A DNA stretch of 33,202 nt from Fidelibacterota bacterium (GTDB lineage: Bacteria > Fidelibacterota > Marinisomatia > SCGC-AAA003-L08 > TS1B11). Location of the stretch: assembly GCA_022564085.1 (NCBI GenBank), contig JADFMC010000001.1, forward strand, positions 1-33,202, written 5' to 3'. This document shows, in pieces, positions 1 through 8,378 of the stretch (within the stretch, counting starts at the first letter, position 1; every line of letters begins with the position of its first letter). Made by a program: the position numbers and the translations under genes. The notes beneath the pieces are model-generated. The model was given only the letters and a program-made list of their open reading frames with translations. It was not told where the DNA came from and did not search any database.

Positions 1-11
1 TGACAGAAGAT

Positions 12-566
12 ATGCAGACCCTGCTGAGGATTCTGGCCACCCAAATTGCACCGCAGGTGTATGATAACGCCGGCACCGGGAATGGTGAACAGGTGGGCCG
101 GGTGGATATAGACGCAGCCCAGGGGATGCTCCGGCTAGCTATTGATTCCGTTGTGGGGGGTGGCGCCGAATTCGGCGTTAGCCTGTTGCGTTTCGTGACC
201 CCGCGAACCCTGGCAACTATGGAAGAGGCAAATGCCTATCACCAGGCCTGCCTGAAGATGACCCGCCGCCACGAACCAAGGGCCACCCTGCTATGGCTGT
301 CGGCCGATACAGCCTTTGCCCTGTTCCCTGAATCTAACCTGGCTCAATCCGAAATCACCTGTATGGCCCTGGCGGAAGACTTTCGCGAGACGGAACTGGC
401 AAATCATAAGGGCAATAATGCTGCCGAATTGATTTTCGCGTCGGCGGCCTGGCCCCAGGAGGCTGACAGCACCATCGAAATAATTAATTTAGTTTGGGCT
501 CGCCTGCTGGCCAAGATTCAGGCCGAAGCATCAAGGGCGGCTGCAGAAAAATCGGTGGATGCCTGA
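12..566 (+). CDS. Hypothetical protein with a highly degenerate GGDEF-like domain. The frame stays open to the window edge, so the true start may lie upstream.
   Basis: 184-aa ORF. The blocks LLWLSADTAFALFPESNLAQSEITCMALAEDFRE, ELIFASAAW and LVWARLLAK follow the order and spacing of the GGDEF-domain blocks (R-x-GGDEF-F-vv-lP...A..iAe.ir; SiGvA; AD.AlY.AK). GGDEF is replaced by SADTA and the upstream metal-binding and DxLT positions are lost. It overlaps the next gene by 8 nt (ATGCCTGA). Confidence 0.4.
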   Translation: MQTLLRILATQIAPQVYDNAGTGNGEQVGRVDIDAAQGMLRLAIDSVVGGGAEFGVSLLRFVTPRTLATMEEANAYHQACLKMTRRHEPRATLLWLSADTAFALFPESNLAQSEITCMALAEDFRETELANHKGNNAAELIFASAAWPQEADSTIEIINLVWARLLAKIQAEASRAAAEKSVDA

Positions 567-1284
567 GGATCAACACCAACCTGTAAATCCGCGTTCCGCT
601 CTACTTTATGAAACCGAACGGGCGGTCATCAGAACTTTTACTCTTCAATTGCAAGATCGCAATTGGGAAGTCTATAGTGCCCGCGAGCCCGGCCAGGCTC
701 TGAGTCTGTTGGGCGAACACCACCCGGCTGTTGCCCTACTCGATATGGTCAATCCCGCCATGGATGGGATCGAGCTGGCCCGGAAGATGCGCGCCATCAG
801 TCCGGACCTAATTATTATTCTTCTCACCGGCTACCCCGAACCCGATCTGGTGGTCGAGGATCTACACCAGCTGGTCTATACCTATCTGGTTAAGCCGGTG
901 CGGATTGATCAGTTGCTGCTGGTGATCGCCAGGGCTCAACAAGATTTAGCCGTATTGCAAGAGAACCGCATGTTGGAGCAAAAGGTGGAGCAGCTGCGTC
1001 TCGAATTGAAGGAGGCGCGCCAGGCGGTGGAACTTGGCGCTGCCGGCGGGTCGGCCACCGAGGACGAATCACTAAGTCTGCATCGCCCCCGGGGACGGGA
1101 TACCGGTGGACTTGCCAGGCGGGAACCTCATGTCATCGCCAGCTACGAGCGCCATATGCGTACCACAGAACTCAAACAGCCTCCCGAACCCCAACCCCCG
1201 CCGGTAAGCGAGTCGCCCCCCACGACGGAGCCAACCGAGGAGGAGGGGGCCGAAGGGCAACAGGCTGAAGGGGATAAGGACTGA
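559..1284 (+). CDS. Stand-alone response-regulator receiver protein with a coiled-coil and a Pro/Glu-rich tail; no recognisable output domain
   Basis: 241 aa. Receiver hallmarks are present: phospho-acceptor Asp in AVALLDMVNPAMDGIEL, Thr in IIILLTGY, Lys in YLVKPV. The usual N-terminal acidic pair (vvDDe) reads LLYETER. The C-terminus has a heptad-like stretch (LEQKVEQLRLELKEARQ) followed by PPEPQPPPVSESPPTTEPTEEEGAEG. Confidence 0.8.
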   Translation: MPEDQHQPVNPRSALLYETERAVIRTFTLQLQDRNWEVYSAREPGQALSLLGEHHPAVALLDMVNPAMDGIELARKMRAISPDLIIILLTGYPEPDLVVEDLHQLVYTYLVKPVRIDQLLLVIARAQQDLAVLQENRMLEQKVEQLRLELKEARQAVELGAAGGSATEDESLSLHRPRGRDTGGLARREPHVIASYERHMRTTELKQPPEPQPPPVSESPPTTEPTEEEGAEGQQAEGDKD

Positions 1285-2445
1285 ATGGATTCCAAGGCTC
1301 CCATAGAAGACCTGATCGAACAGTTTCGGGTCTCGGCGGCCGGAGTGCAGGCCGCCTATCACCAGCTGGAGCAGGAGTTACTCTCCGAGAGCCAAGGTCC
1401 CTGGGAACCGGCCCCGCCACCCACGGCGCTGGAGTTGCCAAACCTGGCCCCCCTATATTTGATGGGTACCCTGGTGGGGGGACTGTCCCAATCCTCCCTG
1501 GTAATTAACCAGGACCTGGAGGTCATCTCCACCAATAGCGAGGCCAAGCGGGACTTCAAGCTGCAAAATACCAGTTCACTGGCCGACGTATTGGCCCCCG
1601 GTTCGCTGGAAACCCTGCAGCAGCTGCTGGACGAGGCCAGTTCGCGTAGCGGGGTGGATGTGCGTCTGGCTGACTCGGGTTCCGCCGGGATATACGACTG
1701 CATTTATCTGGACAACCCCATCGCAAAGGGTCGTTTATTGCTGCTGGTGGCCCAGGAGCTGGAGTTGACCCACCTGCGGGCAGTGGAAGATCAGATCCTG
1801 AAGAATCTCACCGGGACGCTGGTGCACGAGATTCGCACCCCATTGACCTCCATGCAGGGGTTCGCCGAATTGCTATTGCAGGTGCAGAGCCTGGATCCCA
1901 AGGAGAGCGACAAACTCAATATGATCAGGTTAGGGATCGATAGGCTAAATCTGCTGGCTACGGCTCTGGGTACAGTCTTTAATGAAATCGTTGAGCCGCA
2001 CTGGATGAAGGTGGATCTGGGATCGTTTCTACTCCGCACCGTGGAGCAGGTGACTGCTGATAAATCCCTTGCTGATGGCGTAATCAAACTGGAGATTGAT
2101 AGTGCGGACATTCAGGTGGTGTCGGATCCGGAATTGCTGCGGCTGGCGCTGGAACAGGTGCTATTTAACGCGCTGGAAGCCTTGGAGCAGCCGGCAGCCG
2201 GTGATGTTTTACTTACTTTGAAAGGCCGGGATCGGGAGGCAGCCATAACCGTGCGCAATAGCAGTACCGGCGCGGGCGCCGGCGACACCTCTGAGTGGTG
2301 GGTGCCCTTCTACACCACCAAATCGGGGCATCTGGGCCTGGGATTGGTACAGGTGCGGCGGATCATTGAAGCTCTGGGCGGGCGGGCCGAGATTGCGCTC
2401 CGCCGGGCCGGCGCTGTCAGGCTGGAGATCACTTTGCCCATTTAA
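1285..2445 (+). CDS. Soluble PAS-like sensor histidine kinase (FlrB/FleS/FlgS-type by context)
   Basis: 386 aa with no hydrophobic transmembrane stretch. PAS-like segment LVINQDLEVISTNSEAKRDF, H-box LVHEIRTPLTSMQGFAELL, N-box VLFNALEAL, G-box TKSGHLGLGLVQVRRIIEALGG. The start abuts the previous stop (TGAATG). Confidence 0.85.
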   Translation: MDSKAPIEDLIEQFRVSAAGVQAAYHQLEQELLSESQGPWEPAPPPTALELPNLAPLYLMGTLVGGLSQSSLVINQDLEVISTNSEAKRDFKLQNTSSLADVLAPGSLETLQQLLDEASSRSGVDVRLADSGSAGIYDCIYLDNPIAKGRLLLLVAQELELTHLRAVEDQILKNLTGTLVHEIRTPLTSMQGFAELLLQVQSLDPKESDKLNMIRLGIDRLNLLATALGTVFNEIVEPHWMKVDLGSFLLRTVEQVTADKSLADGVIKLEIDSADIQVVSDPELLRLALEQVLFNALEALEQPAAGDVLLTLKGRDREAAITVRNSSTGAGAGDTSEWWVPFYTTKSGHLGLGLVQVRRIIEALGGRAEIALRRAGAVRLEITLPI

Positions 2446-2541
2446 TGTTCGCCCTTTCCGGTAAACTTAATTTGAAAATACTAATTCCGGACCGGCTCAT
2501 CATGTGTGCAAGTTCGATTATCCGGTGGATTTGAAGGAGTT

Positions 2542-3912
2542 ATGAGTATGGATGCATATAGCATTCTGGTGGTAGACGACGACAATTATATCCGCCTTTT
2601 CCTCCAGGAAACCTTGGAAGGCAAGGGATACCGGGTGGAACTGGCGGAGGACGGTAAGGCGGCACTGGCTAAGGTCAAGGCGGAACCTCCCGACCTAGTA
2701 CTTACCGATTTGAAAATGCCTAAAATGGACGGCTTGGAGTTACTGCAGGCCATCAACAAATTAGATCAGCCGCCGGGCGTAATTATCATCACCGCCTATG
2801 GCACGGTGGAAACGGCGGTGAAGGCCATGAAGGAAGGGGCTTTCGACTATCTTACCAAACCGTTCTCGATTACGGAAATCGAGTCCCGCCTGAGTCGCTA
2901 TTTTGAGATCAACTCACTACGGAGGGAGAACCGGCATCTTAAGAAGCAGCTCCAGGCCCAGGCGGTGATCACGGATATGATAGGCCAGAGCAGAGAGATA
3001 CTGGATGTGATGCAGGTGGTGGAAATGGTCAGCCGCAGTGATGCACCGGTATTCATCCAGGGCGAGAGCGGGACCGGCAAGGAGCTGGTGGCTACAGCGG
3101 TGCACCGTAGTAGCGACCGGGCCGACCGGCCCTTCCTGCAGCTCAATTGCGCCGCCATCCCTGAGAACCTGATGGAGAGCACCCTCTTTGGGCACATTCA
3201 AGGTTCATTCACCGGCGCCAGTAAGACCACCAAGGGCATTTTTGAGGAAGCCGACGGTGGTACGCTGCTGCTGGATGAGATCAGCGAGATTTCCCCTGGT
3301 ATGCAGGCCAAGCTGCTCAGGGTCCTTCAGGAACAGCGGTTTACCAAAGTGGGCAGCCATAAGCCCATCGATGTGGATGTGCGCATAGTGGCTACCTCCA
3401 ACCGGGATATCAAAGCGCTGGTGCGGGAAGGACAGTTCCGCGAGGACCTGTTTTATCGCCTGAACGTGGTGCCGATCATGGTACCCCCGTTGCGGGAACG
3501 GAAGGATGACATCCCCATACTGCTGGACCACTTTTTAGACCTGTTCTGCCGGAAGTACGGCCAGCCTAAAAAGACGATCAGCACCGATACCCGGCGCCAG
3601 CTGGAACATTACAGCTGGCCGGGAAATGTGCGGGAGATGAAGAACAGCACCGAGCGGGCGATACTTTTCGCCGGAGACCTGCCCCAGTTGGAGATGGAAC
3701 ACTTTTTCCCATCTTCATCCCTGGAGACAAGCTCGCTGGCATCCGATTTTACCGGCAGCAACACCATTGCCGAAGTGGAGAAGCAGGCCATTTTGGCGAC
3801 CTTGGAGGGGACCGGAAATAATCGTACCCAGGCGGCCCGGATCCTGGATATTTCGGTGAAGACCTTGCGTAATAAACTCAAGTTGTATGAGATCGATGGT
3901 TCTACAAACTGA
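2542..3912 (+). CDS. Sigma-54-dependent response regulator (NtrC family; FlrC/FleR/FlgR-type flagellar activator by context)
   Basis: Receiver domain (ILVVDDD, DLVLTDLKMPKMDG, IIITAYG, YLTKPF). AAA+ domain with Walker A GESGTGKE, ESTLFGH, the sigma-54 contact loop GSFTGA (a GAFTGA variant) and Walker B LLLDEI. Fis-type HTH: NRTQAARILDISVKTLRNKLK. I chose the ATG at 2542 because GAAGGAG lies 2 nt upstream; the longer GTG start at 2506 has no RBS. Confidence 0.9.
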   Translation: MSMDAYSILVVDDDNYIRLFLQETLEGKGYRVELAEDGKAALAKVKAEPPDLVLTDLKMPKMDGLELLQAINKLDQPPGVIIITAYGTVETAVKAMKEGAFDYLTKPFSITEIESRLSRYFEINSLRRENRHLKKQLQAQAVITDMIGQSREILDVMQVVEMVSRSDAPVFIQGESGTGKELVATAVHRSSDRADRPFLQLNCAAIPENLMESTLFGHIQGSFTGASKTTKGIFEEADGGTLLLDEISEISPGMQAKLLRVLQEQRFTKVGSHKPIDVDVRIVATSNRDIKALVREGQFREDLFYRLNVVPIMVPPLRERKDDIPILLDHFLDLFCRKYGQPKKTISTDTRRQLEHYSWPGNVREMKNSTERAILFAGDLPQLEMEHFFPSSSLETSSLASDFTGSNTIAEVEKQAILATLEGTGNNRTQAARILDISVKTLRNKLKLYEIDGSTN

Positions 3913-4010
3913 GGCGCGTCCCTGAAATTTTGAACCGGCCAAGCGGGATCCGGAGAGCGGCCATCCCAATCAGATCAGAGTTGTCAGTATTATCAATCTC
4001 TACCGACCCT

Positions 4011-4044
4011 GGGAACTTTTCCCCCGGCAGGGCAAATTTTTCCC
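4011..4044. promoter_or_regulatory. Candidate upstream activator sites: two tandem imperfect palindromes
   Basis: GGGAACTTTTCCC (4011-4023) and GGGCAAATTTTTCCC (4030-4044). Centres are about 20 bp apart, roughly two helical turns, and lie about 85 bp upstream of the TGGCAC element. Confidence 0.3.
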
Positions 4045-4111
4045 TGGCTGACACCGCCCTGGGGCTGCACCACTCACCGCAGCTGCTGTTATATCCCTTC
4101 AGACGCCGGTT

Positions 4112-4126
4112 TGGCACGACTCTTGT
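4112..4126 (+). promoter_or_regulatory. Candidate sigma-54 (-24/-12) promoter for the flgB operon
   Basis: TGGCACGACTCTTGT compared with the consensus TGGCAC-N5-TTGC. The -24 element is perfect; the -12 element is TTGT. It ends 39 nt before the flgB ATG, in a 253-bp intergenic gap directly downstream of a sigma-54 activator gene. Confidence 0.55.
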
Positions 4127-4165
4127 CCGTATTCTACCAGGAATGAGGCAAAAGGACCATTCGCA

Positions 4166-4534
4166 ATGAAGATTTTCAACAATCCATCCGGAGTGTTGCT
4201 GAAGCGCTCCTTGGATGTGCTAATGCGCCATCATCGGAACATTTCCGAGAATGTCGCCAATCTAAATAATCCGGACTATAAACGGAAGCCAACCAGGTTT
4301 CTCGATGAGCTATCCACAGCCCAAGGGCGGAAGGGGCTAAAAGTTACCAACTCACGCCATATTCGGCCTGATCCGTGGGAGAAAATGATCCCGGAATCGG
4401 AACGTGGCAAAGTGTCCATCACCCGGGAAATGTCCGACCTGGCCCAGAACCAGATTCGCTATGATTTTTCAGCCCGGATGCTGCGCCGCAAATTTGAAGG
4501 GTTGACCAGTGCCATTACCGGCCGGGTTCGCTGA
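4166..4534 (+). CDS. flgB: Flagellar basal-body rod protein FlgB
   Basis: 122 aa. N-terminal rod signature ISENVANLNNPDYKRK. First gene of a flgB-flgC-fliE arrangement. Confidence 0.9.
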   Translation: MKIFNNPSGVLLKRSLDVLMRHHRNISENVANLNNPDYKRKPTRFLDELSTAQGRKGLKVTNSRHIRPDPWEKMIPESERGKVSITREMSDLAQNQIRYDFSARMLRRKFEGLTSAITGRVR

Positions 4535-4550
4535 TTAAGGAGTACATTAG

Positions 4551-5036
4551 ATGAGGGTTCCAGGTATATTCTCTATATTTGAAAACGTGGCCCGGGGTTT
4601 GACCACCGAGCTCACCCGGTTGGAGACCGTCTCCGAGAATATCTCAAACGCTAATATGGTGGCCGGAGTGGGCGAACCTATCTACCACCGCAAGACGGTC
4701 GACCCGCAGGCCGGTAAAGAGCCCTTTCAATCGTTGCTGCGCAGTAAACGCCTGACCCTGCATAGGTCGGACAGAGGTCACTTAGAGGGTGTCAACGAAC
4801 GGCGGAAGTGGTATAGCAAACCCTGGCCGGAGGCCAAGACCATCGAACATCCCAACGAGCGAGTGGTGTACGATCCCACCCATCCCAAAGCGGATGCCCG
4901 GGGGTTTATCCGGATGCCGGACGTAAATGTGGTGGATGAGATGATGCAGATGATCACCGCCACGCGATCCTATGAGGCCAACACCGCAGTCCTGAGCGCA
5001 GCCAAGAGCCTGGCCAGAAAAACATTGGATATCTAG
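4551..5036 (+). CDS. flgC: Flagellar basal-body rod protein FlgC
   Basis: 161 aa. ETVSENISNANMV at the N-terminus and MMQMITATRSYEANTAVLSAAKSLARKTLDI at the C-terminus. AAGGAG RBS upstream. It is about 25 aa longer in the middle than enterobacterial FlgC. Confidence 0.9.
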   Translation: MRVPGIFSIFENVARGLTTELTRLETVSENISNANMVAGVGEPIYHRKTVDPQAGKEPFQSLLRSKRLTLHRSDRGHLEGVNERRKWYSKPWPEAKTIEHPNERVVYDPTHPKADARGFIRMPDVNVVDEMMQMITATRSYEANTAVLSAAKSLARKTLDI

Positions 5037-5042
5037 CTACTG

Positions 5043-5366
5043 ATGCAAGTCAATAATTCGTTGCAGGAGCCTCTTTCACGGGCGGTAACCCCGCAGCAGA
5101 AAAATAGCCGCCCGAGGCCCGTGGATCTTCCCGCCGCCGGGCAATCTGCCGAGGAGGTCGAATTTGGCCACCTGGAGGCCCCTATTCAGAACCGGTGGCA
5201 AAAGCAGGCCCAGGGGGATGAGACCGAAGAATCGGTTTTGACGAGCGGTGAAAAAGGTATTATAGATTTAATGTTCAATGTCCCCGAAGACAATGGGCAA
5301 AAGTCCTACGGACCGCAGAGGCCCCGTCCAGTGCCTATCGGAAACTTTATCGATCTGAGAGGTTGA
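5043..5366 (+). CDS. Hypothetical protein filling the flgC-fliE gap
   Basis: 107-aa ORF that exactly fills an otherwise 330-bp gap. Its stop lies 1 nt before the fliE ATG. It is Q/P/E-rich with no recognisable domain and no obvious RBS. Confidence 0.5.
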   Translation: MQVNNSLQEPLSRAVTPQQKNSRPRPVDLPAAGQSAEEVEFGHLEAPIQNRWQKQAQGDETEESVLTSGEKGIIDLMFNVPEDNGQKSYGPQRPRPVPIGNFIDLRG

Positions 5367-5367
5367 T

Positions 5368-5676
5368 ATGAAAATCAGCGAGAATATCACCCGCATTACC
5401 CCGCTAGGCCTGCCGGACCAGAGTAGCCGCCCGGTCAAGACGGAGGAAAGCGGAGGCCCGACCTTCGGCCAAAAGCTGAAGGAATTGCTCTACGCCGTGA
5501 ACGATCAAGCGCTCCAGGCGGATGAGCAAATGAGCAAGGTGGTACGGGGGGAATCGGATGACCTGCACACCGCCATGGTGGCCATAGAAGAGGCCAGCGT
5601 CAGTTTTAAACTTATGCTGGAGGTACGCAACAAAATGCTGGAAGCGTACCAGGAAATTAACCGGATGAATATCTAG
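5368..5676 (+). CDS. fliE: Flagellar hook-basal body complex protein FliE
   Basis: 102 aa. FGQKLKELLYAVNDQALQADEQ...DLHTAMVAIEEASVSFKLMLEVRNKMLEAYQEINRM matches the FliE family pattern. Canonical position. Confidence 0.85.
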   Translation: MKISENITRITPLGLPDQSSRPVKTEESGGPTFGQKLKELLYAVNDQALQADEQMSKVVRGESDDLHTAMVAIEEASVSFKLMLEVRNKMLEAYQEINRMNI

Positions 5677-5701
5677 CGGACAGCTGGAAAGGTAAATTGA
5701 T

Positions 5702-7324
5702 ATGCCGCCATTTTTTCAGCAGATAAGAACTTTTCTCGAGCAGTTCACTATGGGGCAGAGAATCGCCCTGTTCACTGTGGCCATCGGGGTACTCAGTGCA
5801 CTGATTGTGCTGTCGCTGTGGGCCAACCGGCCGGAATACACATTGCTGTATCGGGATCTATCGCCGGAGGACGCCAATGAGATTATCAGCACCCTGCGTG
5901 ATGAAGGCGTGCCATATCGCTTGTCATCGGGCGGGACGGCCGTCTATGTACCGGTGGAGCAGGTAACCGAGTACCGGCTTACTTTTGCCGCCGGCGGACT
6001 GGGTACCGGCGCCATCGTCGGGTTTGAACTTTTCGACGAGCAACGGATGGGCATGACTACCTTCATGCAACGGGTGAACTACCAGCGCGCCCTGGAGGGG
6101 GAGTTGACTCATACTATCAGCATGATGGATGAGATCAAAACGTGCCGGGTCCACCTGGTGATCCCCGAGAAAAGATTTTTCGAGGATGAAAAGGCCTCTT
6201 CGGCCTCCATCGTCCTGCACCTGGAACCCACGGCCTATCTGCGGCCCAGGCAGATTAAAGGGATCGCCATGATGGTGGCTAACAGTGTTCCGGAGCTGTT
6301 GGAAGAGAACGTGAATATTGTGGACGCCAGCGGCAATCTGTTGACTGAGTCCATCAAGGAGAATGGGGATTACCCCATCGGCAGTCGAAATTGGGAGATT
6401 AGGCGATCGGTGGAAAATGAGTTGCAGAAAAAAGCCCAGGAACTGTTGGATGATGTATTGGGGTTTGGCAAGTCCAAGGTAAAAGTATCAGCCGAACTGA
6501 ATTTTGAGCAGCTGGAACGCACCAGCGAGATTTATGATACCGAAGATGCGGCCATCCTGAGCGAAGAGCACAACAGCGAGTCTTTCGTAGGAACCGACAC
6601 ATCCAGCAGGATTATCGAACAATCGGTAACCAATTATGAACTTAACAAGACTGTTGAACATTTCATTGCCAGTTCAGGCGACATACGCCGACTGACCGTA
6701 GCGGTACTGATCGATGGCCGCTATGTAACCAGTACCAATGCCGAGGGAGAAACGGTCAGCGCTTACCAGCCCCGGCCAGTCACGGAATTAAACCAATTCA
6801 GCGCCCTCATATCCACGGCTTTGGGAATTGATTTGACTCGCGGCGATCAGATTGAAGTCCAAAACCTGCAGTTTGATCGCGAGGTGGAGTTGGCCGAAGC
6901 AGCCTCAATGCAGTCCATAGAGCGTAGCGAGTTCTGGAAGAGAACAATTGCCAATGCCGCGATTGGAATAGGCCTTTTGGTGGCCTTGTTCTTCCTGTTG
7001 AAAATTCTACACCGCGCATCCCAGCACATCAGTATCACCCAATTGTTACCGGGCGCCGTAGCGCCGGAATCGATAATGGTGGGCGGCGTGGAAGGTCTGG
7101 CCGCTATCCCTGGCGGTGTGCCGGTCACTGCCGCCGGAGCCTTGGAGGCCACCGGCGAGATGGAGATGGTTACCGATACCTTTATGCAAAAACTTTCACC
7201 TGAGGCCCGAGCCCAACTCGAGGCCCAGGACCGGATGACACAGGAAGTAACCAAGTTTACCGAAGAAAATCCGGAAGGCGCAGCGCAGCTCCTGCGAATC
7301 TGGACTTCTGGGATGAAGACTTAA
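5702..7324 (+). CDS. fliF: Flagellar MS-ring protein FliF
   Basis: 540 aa. N-terminal TM (IALFTVAIGVLSALIVLSLW), YscJ/FliF-type periplasmic region (LSPEDANEIISTLRDEGVPYRL, RALEGELTHTI), second TM near residue 430 and a C-terminal FliG-binding tail. Confidence 0.9.
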   Translation: MPPFFQQIRTFLEQFTMGQRIALFTVAIGVLSALIVLSLWANRPEYTLLYRDLSPEDANEIISTLRDEGVPYRLSSGGTAVYVPVEQVTEYRLTFAAGGLGTGAIVGFELFDEQRMGMTTFMQRVNYQRALEGELTHTISMMDEIKTCRVHLVIPEKRFFEDEKASSASIVLHLEPTAYLRPRQIKGIAMMVANSVPELLEENVNIVDASGNLLTESIKENGDYPIGSRNWEIRRSVENELQKKAQELLDDVLGFGKSKVKVSAELNFEQLERTSEIYDTEDAAILSEEHNSESFVGTDTSSRIIEQSVTNYELNKTVEHFIASSGDIRRLTVAVLIDGRYVTSTNAEGETVSAYQPRPVTELNQFSALISTALGIDLTRGDQIEVQNLQFDREVELAEAASMQSIERSEFWKRTIANAAIGIGLLVALFFLLKILHRASQHISITQLLPGAVAPESIMVGGVEGLAAIPGGVPVTAAGALEATGEMEMVTDTFMQKLSPEARAQLEAQDRMTQEVTKFTEENPEGAAQLLRIWTSGMKT

Positions 7325-7328
7325 TTAA

Positions 7329-8378
7329 ATGGTATCAATTGGCACAGGCAATCCAGCCATCAGCGGGGCGCCCGCCGCACCGAAAATGACTTCCTACGAG
7401 AAGGCGGCCATACTACTGATTGCCATGGGGGTGGCTGCCTCGGCCGGTATCATGCGCAATTTACCTGAGGATGAGGTAGAAAAGATCTCCGTACAAGTGG
7501 CCAAGCTGCAAGATGTCTCTTCCGGTATGGTCCAGGCGGTCATTGAAGAATACTACAAGATGATGATGGCCAAGGATTACATGGCCCAGGGCGGCATGGA
7601 CTTCGCCAAACAGGTGCTGGAAAAGGCCTGGGGCATGCGCAAGGCGGAAGATTTCCTGAAGAAAATTGAGGCGGCCACAGAGGTAAGTGCATTTTATCTT
7701 CTCCAGACGGTGGATGACTCCCAATTACTGAGTTTCCTGCAGGATGAGCACCCCCAGACTGCGGCGTTGATATTGGCTAATCTGAAATCCAAACAGGCCG
7801 CATCGGTGCTCTCGCAACTGCCAGAGGACCAGCAGGCGGAGATCTCCTACCGCCTGGTTACCATGGAGAAGACCTCGCCCGAGATGGTCAAGGAGATCGA
7901 GAACGTGCTCAGCGAACAGATGGGCGATGTCTTCGGCAAGGACATGCGCACCACCGGCGGGCCGCATGCTGTTGCTGAGATCCTGAACAACGCCAGCCGG
8001 GCCGCTGAGAAAAACATCCTGGATAACCTGCGGGAGCGGGATCCCGAGCTGGCGTTGGAAGTCACCAATCTGATGTTCCTGTTCGAGGACTTGACTGACA
8101 TGGCCGATGACAGCATTCAGAAGATCATCAAGGAAATCGATTCCAAAACCCTGGCACTTTCTCTCAAGGCCACCAGCGATGAGCTCCAGACCAAGATCTA
8201 TGATAATATGTCTGAACGGGCGGCCAATATGCTCAAGGACGAGCTGGAATTTCTCGGTCCGGTACGGGTGCGGGAAGTAGATGAGGCCCAGGCCAGCATC
8301 CTGGAAATAGTGCGCCGGCTGGATGAGGCCGGTGAGATCACCATCGCCCGCGGTGATGCGGAGGAGATTATCGAATGA
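7329..8378 (+). CDS. fliG: Flagellar motor switch protein FliG
   Basis: 349 aa. KAAILLIAMG, EHPQTAALILANL and MFLFEDL motifs, with a charged C-terminal torque helix region. An alternative start at 7386 (MTSYEKAAILL) is possible. Confidence 0.92.
   Translation: MVSIGTGNPAISGAPAAPKMTSYEKAAILLIAMGVAASAGIMRNLPEDEVEKISVQVAKLQDVSSGMVQAVIEEYYKMMMAKDYMAQGGMDFAKQVLEKAWGMRKAEDFLKKIEAATEVSAFYLLQTVDDSQLLSFLQDEHPQTAALILANLKSKQAASVLSQLPEDQQAEISYRLVTMEKTSPEMVKEIENVLSEQMGDVFGKDMRTTGGPHAVAEILNNASRAAEKNILDNLRERDPELALEVTNLMFLFEDLTDMADDSIQKIIKEIDSKTLALSLKATSDELQTKIYDNMSERAANMLKDELEFLGPVRVREVDEAQASILEIVRRLDEAGEITIARGDAEEIIE

Noticed and set aside
3902-4169. Two small ORFs (3930-4169 plus strand, 3902-4117 minus strand) in the activator-flgB intergenic region
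   Set aside because: They have no RBS and a Pro/Arg/Ser-rich composition. The region is better explained as a promoter and enhancer region (TGGCAC element plus palindromes).
7340-7345. Additional TGGCAC hexamers inside coding sequence (7340 in fliG, 24467 in flhB, and others near 8153, 14739 and 16405)
   Set aside because: None is followed by TTGC-like sequence at the N5 spacing, and all are intragenic. They are chance occurrences.
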